A stretch of DNA of 64,000 bases, from the NCBI GenBank assembly GCA_964412165.1, contig CAYPMW010000003.1:10338-74337 (forward strand). The letters run 5' to 3'. Origin of the DNA: an uncultured Gammaproteobacteria bacterium (GTDB lineage Bacteria; Patescibacteriota; Microgenomatia; UBA10105). Shown here piece after piece: positions 27,630-37,600 of this stretch (positions are counted from its first letter, which is position 1; each line of letters starts with the position of its first letter). Under the pieces are notes generated by a model. The model was not told where the DNA came from and ran no database searches. It worked only from the letters and a program-made list of their open reading frames with translations. The translations under genes and the position numbers were made by a program.

Positions 27630-28700
27630 TCATCTTCTAAGAGATCCGGTGAGCGAATAGATCGGTCCCAATATTGCCAGGAGCACAAAAAGAACTACGA
27701 AGCCTATGCAAATAAGCAAGAAAGGTTCCAGTACCACGGTGATGTTTTTGGAAATCTCGTCAATTTCCTCTTCATAAAAATCACCTAAGTAAAGAAGTGC
27801 CTCGTCAAGCTTGCCTGATTTTTCACCCACGCTGATCATCTTGGTAACGATCAGCGGAAATTCCGACAAGTGTTTTTTGCGTAACGTCTCTCCTATATCT
27901 TTACCTTTGTTTACCGAAGAGATGATATCTTCCAAATCACGTTTAAACCGCACATTGGACAACGAATTTCTGGTCACTTCAAGACTCCTCACAATCGGCA
28001 CTCCGCTTTTAAGCAGTACGCCTAAATTGCGGGAAAAATGAGCCAGTTGCCCGTCAACAACGAGAGCTCCGATGAGGGGAAGTTTTAGTATGAAGCCATG
28101 CCAGACATACGTAACTGAGGCGACTTTAACTAAAAGCCTGAGACCCAAAATAATCACCAGCACTCCAAGTAAAATGTGGATATAATAATTATTGAGAAAG
28201 TAAACTATAAAAAGTAATAGTTTGGTAGACAGGGGCAACTCAACTTCAAGTGATTCGAACACATCGACCAACTTAGGCAGTAAAAATACGGCTACTCCTC
28301 CACCCATTGAAAATGTCGCCGTGATAATGAGTGCTGGATAGAGCATAGCTGATCGTAGTTTTTTGCGAAGATTATAAGTTTTGGTAAGTTGACCTGCCAA
28401 AAAATCAAGGTTTGTCTCAAGCGTCCCTGATTCTTCACTCACCTCAATTAGACTGACGTACAGACCATCAAAAACATGTGGATACCGCTTTAATGCATGG
28501 GCAAGAGTATGGCCACTTTCAATTTCTTGATAAATATTTTCAAGAATCGCTTTGAAGCTGGGGGATCTCGTTTGTTCCTCAAGGGTTTCTAAAGCTTCAG
28601 TTAAAGGAATACCGGCTTTAAGCATGGTGGAAAGGTGTTTCGTAAACAGAAGCTTCTCGACAAAACTGATCCGGCCCGCTGTCAGGGCAGCAAGTTTCAT
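27630..28700 (-). CDS. pilC: Type IV pilus platform protein (PilC/GspF)
   Basis: LSTMLKAGIPL, EESGTL, AMLYP, VGEKSGKL, LEP motifs. Confidence 0.95.
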   Translation of the reverse strand: MKLAALTAGRISFVEKLLFTKHLSTMLKAGIPLTEALETLEEQTRSPSFKAILENIYQEIESGHTLAHALKRYPHVFDGLYVSLIEVSEESGTLETNLDFLAGQLTKTYNLRKKLRSAMLYPALIITATFSMGGGVAVFLLPKLVDVFESLEVELPLSTKLLLFIVYFLNNYYIHILLGVLVIILGLRLLVKVASVTYVWHGFILKLPLIGALVVDGQLAHFSRNLGVLLKSGVPIVRSLEVTRNSLSNVRFKRDLEDIISSVNKGKDIGETLRKKHLSEFPLIVTKMISVGEKSGKLDEALLYLGDFYEEEIDEISKNITVVLEPFLLICIGFVVLFVLLAILGPIYSLTGSLRR

Positions 28701-28701
28701 A

Positions 28702-30375
28702 TTAATCTTTAGTGACGCGAGTTACCTCATCCACTGTCGTAATACCTTGTTTAACTTTTTCTATACCATCATCATACATGGTTTTCATACCGCTTTTAGC
28801 TGCGAGGGCTTTGATGATCGAAGAGTCTTTTCGGTCCGTGATAGCTTTTCTCAAAGAATCATTTACTACTAAAATTTCAAAAATACCAACTCTCCCGACA
28901 TACCCACTTCCTTGACACACATCACACCCCTTCCCAACATATACGCGAATCTCCCTTTTGGCATGAAAATGTTCTTTAACTATTGCAGGAGGTAGCTTGG
29001 TTAAAAGCTCTTTAACATTTGTAATCTGACTGTACCGACACCGGACACAGATCTTTCTCACCAAGCGCTGGGCAATCACCACAGTGACAGTCGAAGCAAC
29101 CAAGTACGGCTCCACCTTCATGTCAAATAGTCTCGGGACGGCTGTGGCTGCATCATTTGTATGAAGCGTAGTCAAGACAAGATGTCCCGTCATCGATGCA
29201 TTAATGGCGATATCGGCGGTGTCTTCGTCACGTATCTCTCCGACTAGTATCACATTAGGATCCTGTCTGACAATAGATTTTAAGCCTGAAGCAAAGGTGA
29301 GATTTGTTTTGGGATTCACTTGTATCTGGTTAATCCCGGGTATTTCATATTCAACCGGATCTTCAATGGTCATAATGTTGATATCACGCCTATTTAGAAT
29401 TTTTAATATTGCATATAGAGTGGTAGTTTTACCGCACCCAGTTGGTCCAGTAGCGAGTATCATTCCGTAAGGCTTATTGTACGCTGATTCGACTTTACGT
29501 AAATCATCTTCAGAAAACCCTAAATCTTTAAGTGAATACGCACGCGACCTTTGCGATAAAATTCTTAAGACTATTTTTTCCCCTTCAGTCACCGGTACTA
29601 TTGAAACACGGATATCCACCGTCTCCTGCTCAAACGCTACCTGCATTTTCCCATCCTGGGCAGACTGATGTTCATCGGTTTTTAGTTTTGAAAGCACTTT
29701 GATGCGAGTCACTATCCGCTCGTGAAGGTCGCGGGGAACAGTTACGATGTCGCGAAGTATTCCGTCAATCCTGTATCTTACTAACGATAAAGTACTTCCC
29801 GGCTCAATGTGTATGTCTGATGCTCTTGATGTATATGCATACGATATCAATTGGTCAACGAGTATAATAATCGGCGGTTCGTACTCGACGCCTTTTTTTG
29901 CCTCTTCAATGCTTTTATGAATTATCTCGTCAAATGTTTCAGCAATGTTTTTCTTATACAGCGCAAGGGCACTTTCGATATCCCGATCAGTCGCAAAATG
30001 GAGAATAATCGGTTTACCGAATTTTTTTTGTAAAAAATCTCCGGCTTGGGTACCGGGTTCGGAAGTTCCTACATGGATCCCCTGCGTATCTTTCCGAAAT
30101 ACTATAACTTTCTGTTTTTTAGCGAACTGTTCGGGTATGAGTGTTAAAACTGAATCAGGAATATTAATATCGCTTAGTCGAATAAATGGGAGTGCATAAA
30201 TATCAGCAACGACTTTCCCGACGTTTTCATCTGACACCAGATCCTCATTGACTAGAAGTTCGGCCAACGGAACGTGGGACTTTTGACTGCGTTCAAACGC
30301 TTGTTTGAGCTTGTCATCACTCAAAACCGACAGTTCGGCAAGAGTTGTATAAAGTTTTGTATCATCATAGAGCAT
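28702..30375 (-). CDS. pilB: Type IV pilus assembly ATPase (PilB/GspE)
   Basis: ASDIHIEP, RYRIDG, GPTGCGKTTT, TIEDPVE, RQDPNVILVGEIRD, TGHLVLTTLHTN, tetracysteine motif. Confidence 0.96.
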   Translation of the reverse strand: MLYDDTKLYTTLAELSVLSDDKLKQAFERSQKSHVPLAELLVNEDLVSDENVGKVVADIYALPFIRLSDINIPDSVLTLIPEQFAKKQKVIVFRKDTQGIHVGTSEPGTQAGDFLQKKFGKPIILHFATDRDIESALALYKKNIAETFDEIIHKSIEEAKKGVEYEPPIIILVDQLISYAYTSRASDIHIEPGSTLSLVRYRIDGILRDIVTVPRDLHERIVTRIKVLSKLKTDEHQSAQDGKMQVAFEQETVDIRVSIVPVTEGEKIVLRILSQRSRAYSLKDLGFSEDDLRKVESAYNKPYGMILATGPTGCGKTTTLYAILKILNRRDINIMTIEDPVEYEIPGINQIQVNPKTNLTFASGLKSIVRQDPNVILVGEIRDEDTADIAINASMTGHLVLTTLHTNDAATAVPRLFDMKVEPYLVASTVTVVIAQRLVRKICVRCRYSQITNVKELLTKLPPAIVKEHFHAKREIRVYVGKGCDVCQGSGYVGRVGIFEILVVNDSLRKAITDRKDSSIIKALAAKSGMKTMYDDGIEKVKQGITTVDEVTRVTKD

Positions 30376-30376
30376 A

Positions 30377-30745
30377 TTACATGTCAGTCAGCGCTTTGAT
30401 TTTATCTAGAAACATGCTGATCGATAAATCGCTCTTGACGATATAATCGGCAGCGCCCAACTTCAATCCTCGATCAATATCTTCTTTCTGTCCTAAATTT
30501 GAGGCAATCATTACCGGGATGTGGCGAAATCTATCGTTTTTTTTGAGCTCTTCAAGCACCTGAAACCCGTCTTTTTTAGGCAGAATGAGATCCAAAATGA
30601 TGAGATCCGGTGTAAAGAGCTTTAAGGCGGACAAAGCTTCCTCACCGTCAACTGTCATTTTTACTTCATACCCTGATTTTGTCAGCTTGATGCGTAAGGC
30701 ATTTGCAATAAACGTATCATCTTCAGCAATGAGAATTTTTTTCAT
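30377..30745 (-). CDS. Single-domain response regulator (receiver only)
   Basis: ILIAEDD, PDLIILDLILP, GAADYIVK. Confidence 0.93.
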   Translation of the reverse strand: MKKILIAEDDTFIANALRIKLTKSGYEVKMTVDGEEALSALKLFTPDLIILDLILPKKDGFQVLEELKKNDRFRHIPVMIASNLGQKEDIDRGLKLGAADYIVKSDLSISMFLDKIKALTDM

Positions 30746-30822
30746 ACAGCCGCACCATTGTCACTAAGCGCACTCTGACTAACAGTGTATGTGTGTGATT
30801 CTTCAAAGTCAAGAAACCTATT

Positions 30823-32904
30823 TTATGTCACCGTCACTTCTCCTGGTTTCGCCTCACTTCCTGAAACAGGTAAACTAAACCAAAAAGTTGTCCCAATGTT
30901 TTCATCACTTTCAAACCAAATAGTGCCTCCTGAAAGGTCAATAATCGCTTTCACTAGGTAGAGACCAAGTCCTGTTCCATCAGGTTCATATTTTGAAATA
31001 TTAATCGATCTAAAAAATTTGGTAAAAATTTTACTATGATCTGCTTTGGGAATGCCATATCCACAGTCAGTAATCTGGGAAATGATCGCATCTTCTTTTT
31101 GATATATGCTTATCGAAATATCGCCTTCTTCATGCGTGTACTTGACTGCGTTGGATATTAAATTTAAATAGACTTGGGATATAAGTTTTGGGTCTATCAT
31201 TATCGGTGGAAGTGAATTTTCGCTATGCACAACAATATGCTGTTTTTTTGCCGAGATCCGTGGTTTGAGTTCAAACAGTACCTTATCTACGATCTCTCTT
31301 AAATTAGTTGGTTTAGGGTCAACTCTCAACCTACCCGATTCTATCCGAGAAATATTGAGTAAACTATTGACGAGATCGATCATTCGTTGGGTTGATGTAT
31401 GTATATTATTGATAAAATCAACCTGTTCGGTATTGAGAGCGCCTGCATCACCAGCAATAAGCATCTCAGAAAACCAATTGATTGAGGTAAGCGGAGTTCG
31501 CAGTTGATGTGACGCCAGAGAGATGAATTCGGTTTTCATCTGGTCAATTTCCTTTTCGCGAGTAATGTCATGAATTACCCGAACTGAACCAATAATAGCT
31601 TCATTTAGAACAATGGGGGTGACTGTAGCAGTCGCGGGAAACCTGGTACCGTCGGGTCGATTGTAGTAGTAGACTCCCCGGGTGCTTTTTCCTTCACCCA
31701 AAGCTATTTTGACAGGACGACTCTCCTTCGGAACAAGATTACCTTTCTCGTCTGATATTTTTACTACATCAATAATTGCTTTCTCAAGTACTTCTCGTTC
31801 GATGACTCCCAAGAGTTCCTCGGCTGCATGGTTAAGCATGATAATTCTGCCCTCGCTGTCTGTGACTACTATTCCGTCTCCGATGCTTTGAAGTACCGCA
31901 TCGCGTTTAGCCATGGTTTCGCTGAGAACTGCGCGGTGATAATTTTTCTGGAATTTTTCTAAGGAGAAATAAGCTACCCCGACCAACAAGAGTACCCCGC
32001 CCAAGTAGAGAAGTTTTAGAATAAAGTTTTGGTCAACTGATTGATAGAGCGATTGCACATCGAACCCAACCACTACAAATGCTTGATCGTGCGATGTTCT
32101 TGACAGCGGTCCAAATATAAAGATGCGTGGTTGGCCGTCAATAATCGTATCGAGTGACTGCCCGGTTTGAATTGTTGTAATTTGTTCAAATAACCTACTA
32201 TTTTTAATAGTATTTCCAGTCAGGTTTAACTCTGGAGGATTACCAGTAAGGATGGTGCCGTTTGGATTGACGAGAAAAAAGATATTTTGCCCCGAAACAT
32301 TAACAGTAGAGATGAATTGACGTTCCAAACCGAAGTTGTATACGGCAAAAATTACGCCTTCTACGATACCCTCCTCGTTAAGATACGGATATCCTATCAC
32401 TGCACTTGGTCGATTATCAGATTTGTCAACGGTATAGTCCCCGACAGTAAAACCCTCACTGAGGAGCGTTTTCTCAAAGATGGTGAGATACGCCTGAGTG
32501 TAAAGTGAACGAGATGAAGAAGCTGAGCAAATCAGATTTTTACTGCGCGATATATATCCGACATTTGCATACCACGAATTAATTTTCAGAAGTTCTAAGA
32601 GGTATTTCTCACACGTTTCCTGATTGGCAAATACAGTTCCACCTCGCACTGCAATATTTTCCAAAAATTGTTCAGTTGACTCGAGAATTTGGTCATGCGA
32701 ATACGCTACGAGTCCAATTGAACGTTTAGCGGTTTCATTTTCCTTAGCAAATATTTTCTCTCGGTCGCTTTTCCATTGATACACAAACAGTACCAGGGAA
32801 ATGAAGAAGAAGGCTATCCCAAAAAATAGAGCAATGAGTCTTAACCGTATTAGGATCCGGTCGTGCTCACTGAAACGGGGAAGATTGGCAGGCTTGTCGC
32901 TCAC
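30823..32904 (-). CDS. Sensor histidine kinase (2 TM, Cache-like domain, PAS, HisKA, HATPase)
   Basis: SHQLRTPLT H-box, NLISNAVKY N-box, DCGYGI and GTGLGL G-boxes, SIGDGIVVTD PAS start. Confidence 0.95.
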   Translation of the reverse strand: MSDKPANLPRFSEHDRILIRLRLIALFFGIAFFFISLVLFVYQWKSDREKIFAKENETAKRSIGLVAYSHDQILESTEQFLENIAVRGGTVFANQETCEKYLLELLKINSWYANVGYISRSKNLICSASSSRSLYTQAYLTIFEKTLLSEGFTVGDYTVDKSDNRPSAVIGYPYLNEEGIVEGVIFAVYNFGLERQFISTVNVSGQNIFFLVNPNGTILTGNPPELNLTGNTIKNSRLFEQITTIQTGQSLDTIIDGQPRIFIFGPLSRTSHDQAFVVVGFDVQSLYQSVDQNFILKLLYLGGVLLLVGVAYFSLEKFQKNYHRAVLSETMAKRDAVLQSIGDGIVVTDSEGRIIMLNHAAEELLGVIEREVLEKAIIDVVKISDEKGNLVPKESRPVKIALGEGKSTRGVYYYNRPDGTRFPATATVTPIVLNEAIIGSVRVIHDITREKEIDQMKTEFISLASHQLRTPLTSINWFSEMLIAGDAGALNTEQVDFINNIHTSTQRMIDLVNSLLNISRIESGRLRVDPKPTNLREIVDKVLFELKPRISAKKQHIVVHSENSLPPIMIDPKLISQVYLNLISNAVKYTHEEGDISISIYQKEDAIISQITDCGYGIPKADHSKIFTKFFRSINISKYEPDGTGLGLYLVKAIIDLSGGTIWFESDENIGTTFWFSLPVSGSEAKPGEVTVT

Positions 32905-32979
32905 AGTTTAATTATCAGAACTTGCTGAACTAAAGTCAAGAAACAAGTATTAAATCAGTAGCTTGACGAGTGAAATTAC

Positions 32980-34509
32980 TTACGTAAAGTATTTTTCTAA
33001 CAGACCCACGCAGGCTAGTTCTCGACCGGCTTTTTTCGTTCGAGCCTCTACCCAGTCAGAAATATAATGAATCCGTCTAATTTTTATATTTGCCCGGACT
33101 CTATACACCGGCTTTGAGTTAAGAGTAGTTTCTAGAGTTTCATAACGAATAAAAGGCCAATGTCTGTGGAGACGTGCTAAACTGATTATTCCCACCGCGT
33201 CTTTCGGGTGTTTGTATAACCAGCTAAATACCCAGGTGAGCGTACTCGGACGAAGTCCTGGAGGACTCACCGTGAATAATAATGCATAAAGTTCTAAAGT
33301 AGTAATCTTCTCATGGTCAATTTTTTCATACAAAGCTTGAATTTCCTGATTAGATAGTTGTAGCGGATGATCGCCGCGAAATACTGGGAGTCTTAAGTCG
33401 TCAGCATCAGCTCGTGCAGTTGAGTTAACATGTAGCGTGTCCATCATCCTCTCTTTTGGTGTGTGATACTCTCTCTTGAGTGACTGGATAACTGTTTCAA
33501 GATCTACAGGGTAAGGTCGTACCTCGCCCTGCACTAGGAAGTCAACGGCCAATATATTCATCCAGTCTGACATACGCTCGAGAGCTCCGGTTACGGGTGT
33601 AAATGCAGGCAGTCCCAAAACTTCTGCTTTAACGGGATGAGAACTTATAGTTAACGGAGAAACCGCTCTCCTGATAAACATATTTGTCTCAAAAATATCA
33701 ACTGATTCAGCTTCTCCCAGTTTGGCTTCAATTTCAGAACGTAGTCTGATCCAGTCAACGGTATTGAGTTCCAAGTGAGATCCGATATAAACAGCAGGGA
33801 TGTTTTTTCTGGTTAGTAATTCGGCACAAATCACTCCCGCCAAATACCTCATTTCGCGCTTTATCTGCGTCGTCTGGTATGTTTTTTGGGGGTCTAGATA
33901 GTAGAGTTCTCCTCCGTCGTGTGTGGCAATTCCATGTCTGAGATTAAAAATGGATAATGCCCCCCCGGTTCTACGTTCCCTCTCAAGGAGGCGGGTTAGT
34001 TCAAGTGTATGACGTAGTTGTAAGCTAAGCGGATGGTGCGTGTCTTCGATTATATTGTCAGCCTCGGCATACGTCAGCTCGTCATTGACGCGAACTGCAC
34101 TCGGAAAAAGTCCTTTAGGTTTCATCTGTCCGTCTCGATCAACTTGTAATGTTATGGTTATGCCAAGTCTCGCTTCATGTGGTACCAACCCTAGGCAGCC
34201 GATAATTAATTTATAGGGATACAAATACTCTACTCCTCGTGATCGTGAAAGACCTTGTCGCAAAACATGATTGTCCAATTCCGCAGAGGTACCAAGATAT
34301 GGAATGGGGTCAAACATCGAGATGGCCACGGTATAAGAAGTACCCTTTTTTTCCACCCAAAAGGCGCTGTCGCCCGCACCTTTATGCTGAGCGTGAAGGA
34401 TCATTCCGGGTACTTTAGGTCGAGCAGGCAACTCCGATTCAAGAATTTTTTTGTATGTACCGAGCACAAGATCGGACATGAGTGATTCATCATCCGCAAT
34501 TTCATGCAT
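32980..34509 (-). CDS. Degenerate RNB (RNase II/R-like) domain protein with C-terminal dsRNA-binding-like domain
   Basis: Colinear remnants GDSAFWVEK..YTVAISMFD, LTYAEAD, EMRYLAG, FTPVTGALERMSD; C-terminal RTKKAGRELACVGLL dsRBD-like helix. Confidence 0.6.
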   Translation of the reverse strand: MHEIADDESLMSDLVLGTYKKILESELPARPKVPGMILHAQHKGAGDSAFWVEKKGTSYTVAISMFDPIPYLGTSAELDNHVLRQGLSRSRGVEYLYPYKLIIGCLGLVPHEARLGITITLQVDRDGQMKPKGLFPSAVRVNDELTYAEADNIIEDTHHPLSLQLRHTLELTRLLERERRTGGALSIFNLRHGIATHDGGELYYLDPQKTYQTTQIKREMRYLAGVICAELLTRKNIPAVYIGSHLELNTVDWIRLRSEIEAKLGEAESVDIFETNMFIRRAVSPLTISSHPVKAEVLGLPAFTPVTGALERMSDWMNILAVDFLVQGEVRPYPVDLETVIQSLKREYHTPKERMMDTLHVNSTARADADDLRLPVFRGDHPLQLSNQEIQALYEKIDHEKITTLELYALLFTVSPPGLRPSTLTWVFSWLYKHPKDAVGIISLARLHRHWPFIRYETLETTLNSKPVYRVRANIKIRRIHYISDWVEARTKKAGRELACVGLLEKYFT

Positions 34510-34611
34510 AGTCTGTCGATAAATGAAGAGAGAAATTTAAACACTTGTAATTTCCTCTTGCTTTTTAATGATAGTGCGTATTATAACAATAGAGTCAAAA
34601 GGGGAGGTAGT

Positions 34612-35565
34612 ATGGCAAGAAAAAATGGTCATCCTGAATATCAATACTTAGCTTTACTTGAAGACATTCTTACCAACGGTTCGTGGAAGGTTAGTCACTC
34701 AACCGGCGTCAAACTTAAAAGCGTATTTGGTAGACAAATCAGGTTCGATTTATCCAAAGGTTTTCCGTTACTCACTACTAAAAAAGTTTTTTCTCGCGGA
34801 GTAATTCACGAGCTGATCTGGTTTCTTTCAGGAGATTCAAATATCAAATATTTAATTGAAAATAACGTCCACATCTGGGACGAGTGGGCGTACAAAAAAT
34901 ATGAGTGGGCAGTCAAAGATGGCAAAGCAAGACCACTGAAATATGACGATTTTGTGGTTAAACTCCAAACCGACAAGGCATTTTTGAAAAAATGGGGTGA
35001 GCTTGGTCCTGTGTACGGAGTCCAGTGGCGAAAATGGCCTTCAGGAAGCATAAAAACTGTTGACCAGCTAGGATGGGCGATTGAAAAAATTAAAAAATAT
35101 CCCCAAAAAAAACACTACATTGTCTCCGCATGGAACGCTGGGTGTATCTATGAAATGAGTGGGAGCCACGCCGCATCAATGGTGATAGCTCCCTGCCACA
35201 CCATGTTTCATATCAATATCACCGGAGATAAATTATCACTTCTCCTCTATCAACGCTCGGCAGATATGTTTTTGGGAGTGCCGTTTAACATCGCCAGCTA
35301 TGCGCTTCTCACGCTCATACTCGCCCAAGTGACAGGGTATAAACCAGGTGAATTTATCCATACTTTTGGAGACGCCCATATTTACGAAAATCATATCACC
35401 CAAGTCAGCGAACAACTCAAGCGAAAACCTCGACCGTTTCCGAAAATCAAACTGAATCCCAGAGTCAAAAAAATTGACGATTTCAGGTTTGCTGATTTTG
35501 AATTGGTCGGTTACGATCCCCACCCACCGATCCAGGGCGAAATTACTGTAGTTGGAGGATTTTAA
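34612..35565 (+). CDS. thyA: Thymidylate synthase
   Basis: FPLLTTKKV, ELIWFL, LGPVYGVQWR, APCH, YQRSADMFLGVPFNIASY, GDAHIYENH; ATG 34612 with GGAGGT SD. Confidence 0.97.
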   Translation: MARKNGHPEYQYLALLEDILTNGSWKVSHSTGVKLKSVFGRQIRFDLSKGFPLLTTKKVFSRGVIHELIWFLSGDSNIKYLIENNVHIWDEWAYKKYEWAVKDGKARPLKYDDFVVKLQTDKAFLKKWGELGPVYGVQWRKWPSGSIKTVDQLGWAIEKIKKYPQKKHYIVSAWNAGCIYEMSGSHAASMVIAPCHTMFHINITGDKLSLLLYQRSADMFLGVPFNIASYALLTLILAQVTGYKPGEFIHTFGDAHIYENHITQVSEQLKRKPRPFPKIKLNPRVKKIDDFRFADFELVGYDPHPPIQGEITVVGGF

Positions 35566-35573
35566 TTTTATTT

Positions 35574-36092
35574 ATGAATAAGCCCACAATCTCAATAATT
35601 GCCGCGTTATCCGAAAACTTGGTGATCGGCAAAGATAACCGGCTTCCATGGTACATACCGAAAGATTTGCAACGATTTAAAGAATTGACGATGAACCATC
35701 CCGTGATCATGGGAAGAAAAACGTACGAATCGATTGGAAAACCGCTACCTGGAAGGATAATTATCGTCATGACGCACGACCAACGTTTTCAGGCAGAGGG
35801 CGCGCTCATTGCCTATTCGCTTGAGGAAGCAATTCAGTTAGCTCAGGCGAAAGATACCAAGGAAATATTTATTATCGGCGGCGCTGAAATTTTCAAACAG
35901 GCAATGCACATCGCGGACAGACTGTATTTGACTCTTATCAAAGGTAATTTCGAAGGCGATGCCTTTTTTCCCGATTTTTCAAATTTCTCAACTATTATCT
36001 CAAAAGAAGAGAGAGAAACAAATGGTCTCAAATATACCTTCCTTACGCTTGGACCAAAACAGAGTCTCGGAAGTGTGAACTCCCCGACCTAA
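35574..36092 (+). CDS. folA: Dihydrofolate reductase
   Basis: IGKDNRLPW, DLQRFK, IMGRKTYESI, PLPGR, IIGGAEI, GDAFFP. Confidence 0.96.
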   Translation: MNKPTISIIAALSENLVIGKDNRLPWYIPKDLQRFKELTMNHPVIMGRKTYESIGKPLPGRIIIVMTHDQRFQAEGALIAYSLEEAIQLAQAKDTKEIFIIGGAEIFKQAMHIADRLYLTLIKGNFEGDAFFPDFSNFSTIISKEERETNGLKYTFLTLGPKQSLGSVNSPT

Positions 36093-36120
36093 AAGATTGA
36101 AACTTCCTGGTACCGAGGTA
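36075..36120. repeat. Degenerate partial copy of the 17212-17357 element
   Basis: GTGAACTCCCCG...CTTCCTGGTACCGAGGTA versus GTGAGGACTCCCCG and CTTCCTGGTACTGGGGTA. Confidence 0.5.
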
Positions 36121-36270
36121 TACCCTTCTTACTGTAATTTGCAACTTTTTCGAATGAAAAATGTTGCTAATTCGGTCTAGAAGGAATTATACCCGGAACA
36201 TTTCATTGTGCGAAGGGTATAATAGGTGTTATTGAATTCTTAAACTACATATCATATACTACAGGTCTTT

Positions 36271-36834
36271 ATGGCTAATACTACGGAAAGGGTTATGTCT
36301 TATCGATTCCCTGATTGGCTGATTGGAGCAGAATTGGCTCTCAAACGGGCTCGTCTACCAGATCGGATTCTAGGCCAGGTACTTAGGGAACAGCGATTCC
36401 CAGGTGGAATTACCCAATATCGTCGACTGGTCACTTATGATCGGACTCCAATCGGAGTAACACCAGAGATCATCAAACAAACAAGAACTGAGATTGAACT
36501 AGCTTTATTTCGCTCCGGCATAACTCTCCCTAGACCCCTGACATTAATTCATCTCCCTGCCATTACTTCAGTCATTCACGCGACGTGTAATTGGCCCTTT
36601 CATACCGGAGAAACGCGCGCTGAAGCAAAAAATAACTTGCTTTCTGACGTAAGTTTCTTACAATATCTGTTCACAGATTCAAATATCTCAAATCTTCCGG
36701 ATCCTCAAACAATTGAATGGGTGGTTGGTGATATGATAGGACTTCGCTGGCTTCAGTACCGAACAACTATGAAAGAATCATGGCTTTATTTGACTCTAAA
36801 TGTTGACCCTTATCTGGCCTATCAATCTAGATAG
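36271..36834 (+). CDS. Hypothetical protein
   Basis: 187-aa ORF with a TATACT box upstream; no motif recognised. Confidence 0.65.
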   Translation: MANTTERVMSYRFPDWLIGAELALKRARLPDRILGQVLREQRFPGGITQYRRLVTYDRTPIGVTPEIIKQTRTEIELALFRSGITLPRPLTLIHLPAITSVIHATCNWPFHTGETRAEAKNNLLSDVSFLQYLFTDSNISNLPDPQTIEWVVGDMIGLRWLQYRTTMKESWLYLTLNVDPYLAYQSR

Positions 36835-37101
36835 TGTGATTTTATTGTCTGATAAATTTATATTTTCTCAACTCATCTAACTTTGTTATAATCAGAAGAG
36901 TAAAATATTATAATTAACTTAAGTCTAACTTGCAATTTATACCCTTCACAACTCCAAATTGTTTCGGGTATAACGCATTCTAGTACTTCGACAAGCTCAG
37001 TATATAACTGATTTAATCCCGATATTACATCGGGACAAAATATAGTATGAATAGTATAGCAATGCATTAGTCAATGAAAATGTGAGTGATAAATAATCAT
37101 T

Positions 37102-37506
37102 ATGTTCCAGGATTCAAAATCAAAAAAAAAGATTAATAAGAAGCAAAAACTGAGTCCTGAACAGTATCAGATCTGCTTTCTCAAAGGTACCGAGCCGCCC
37201 TTTAGCGGTAAATACTACCAAACCAAAGACCCGGGGATGTATCACTGCGTCGCTTGCGGACAGGCGCTATTTTCTTCAGATACCAAATATGATTCAGGTA
37301 CTGGCTGGCCGGCATTTTGGGATCCGGTAAACCAAGCGCACGTAAAAACTCAAGCAGACACAAGTCTCGGAATGAGGCGCCTGGAGGTCCTCTGCAGTCA
37401 CTGCGGCGCTCACTTAGGCCATGTTTTTCCTGACGGCCCTAAACCAACTGGTTTGAGATATTGTATTAACTCCCTAGCTCTTGATTTCAGACCAGCGAAG
37501 AAGTGA
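37102..37506 (+). CDS. msrB: Peptide-methionine (R)-S-oxide reductase
   Basis: [36 protein letters not shown]. Confidence 0.97.
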   Translation: MFQDSKSKKKINKKQKLSPEQYQICFLKGTEPPFSGKYYQTKDPGMYHCVACGQALFSSDTKYDSGTGWPAFWDPVNQAHVKTQADTSLGMRRLEVLCSHCGAHLGHVFPDGPKPTGLRYCINSLALDFRPAKK

Positions 37507-37600
37507 TTCATTATATTAAATAACATTCCTTAAAAAGTCTCATCTAAATATTTGACAATTGAATCTGATTATAATATAACTACGAAAAAGACGATTAAAT

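Noticed and set aside
36984-37002. TACTTCGACAAGCTCAGTA REP-like word
   Set aside because: Single copy in this window; repeat status cannot be supported from the sequence given.
37119-37131. A9 run at the start of msrB as a recoding site
   Set aside because: MsrB is complete in a single frame; the run simply encodes a Lys tract.
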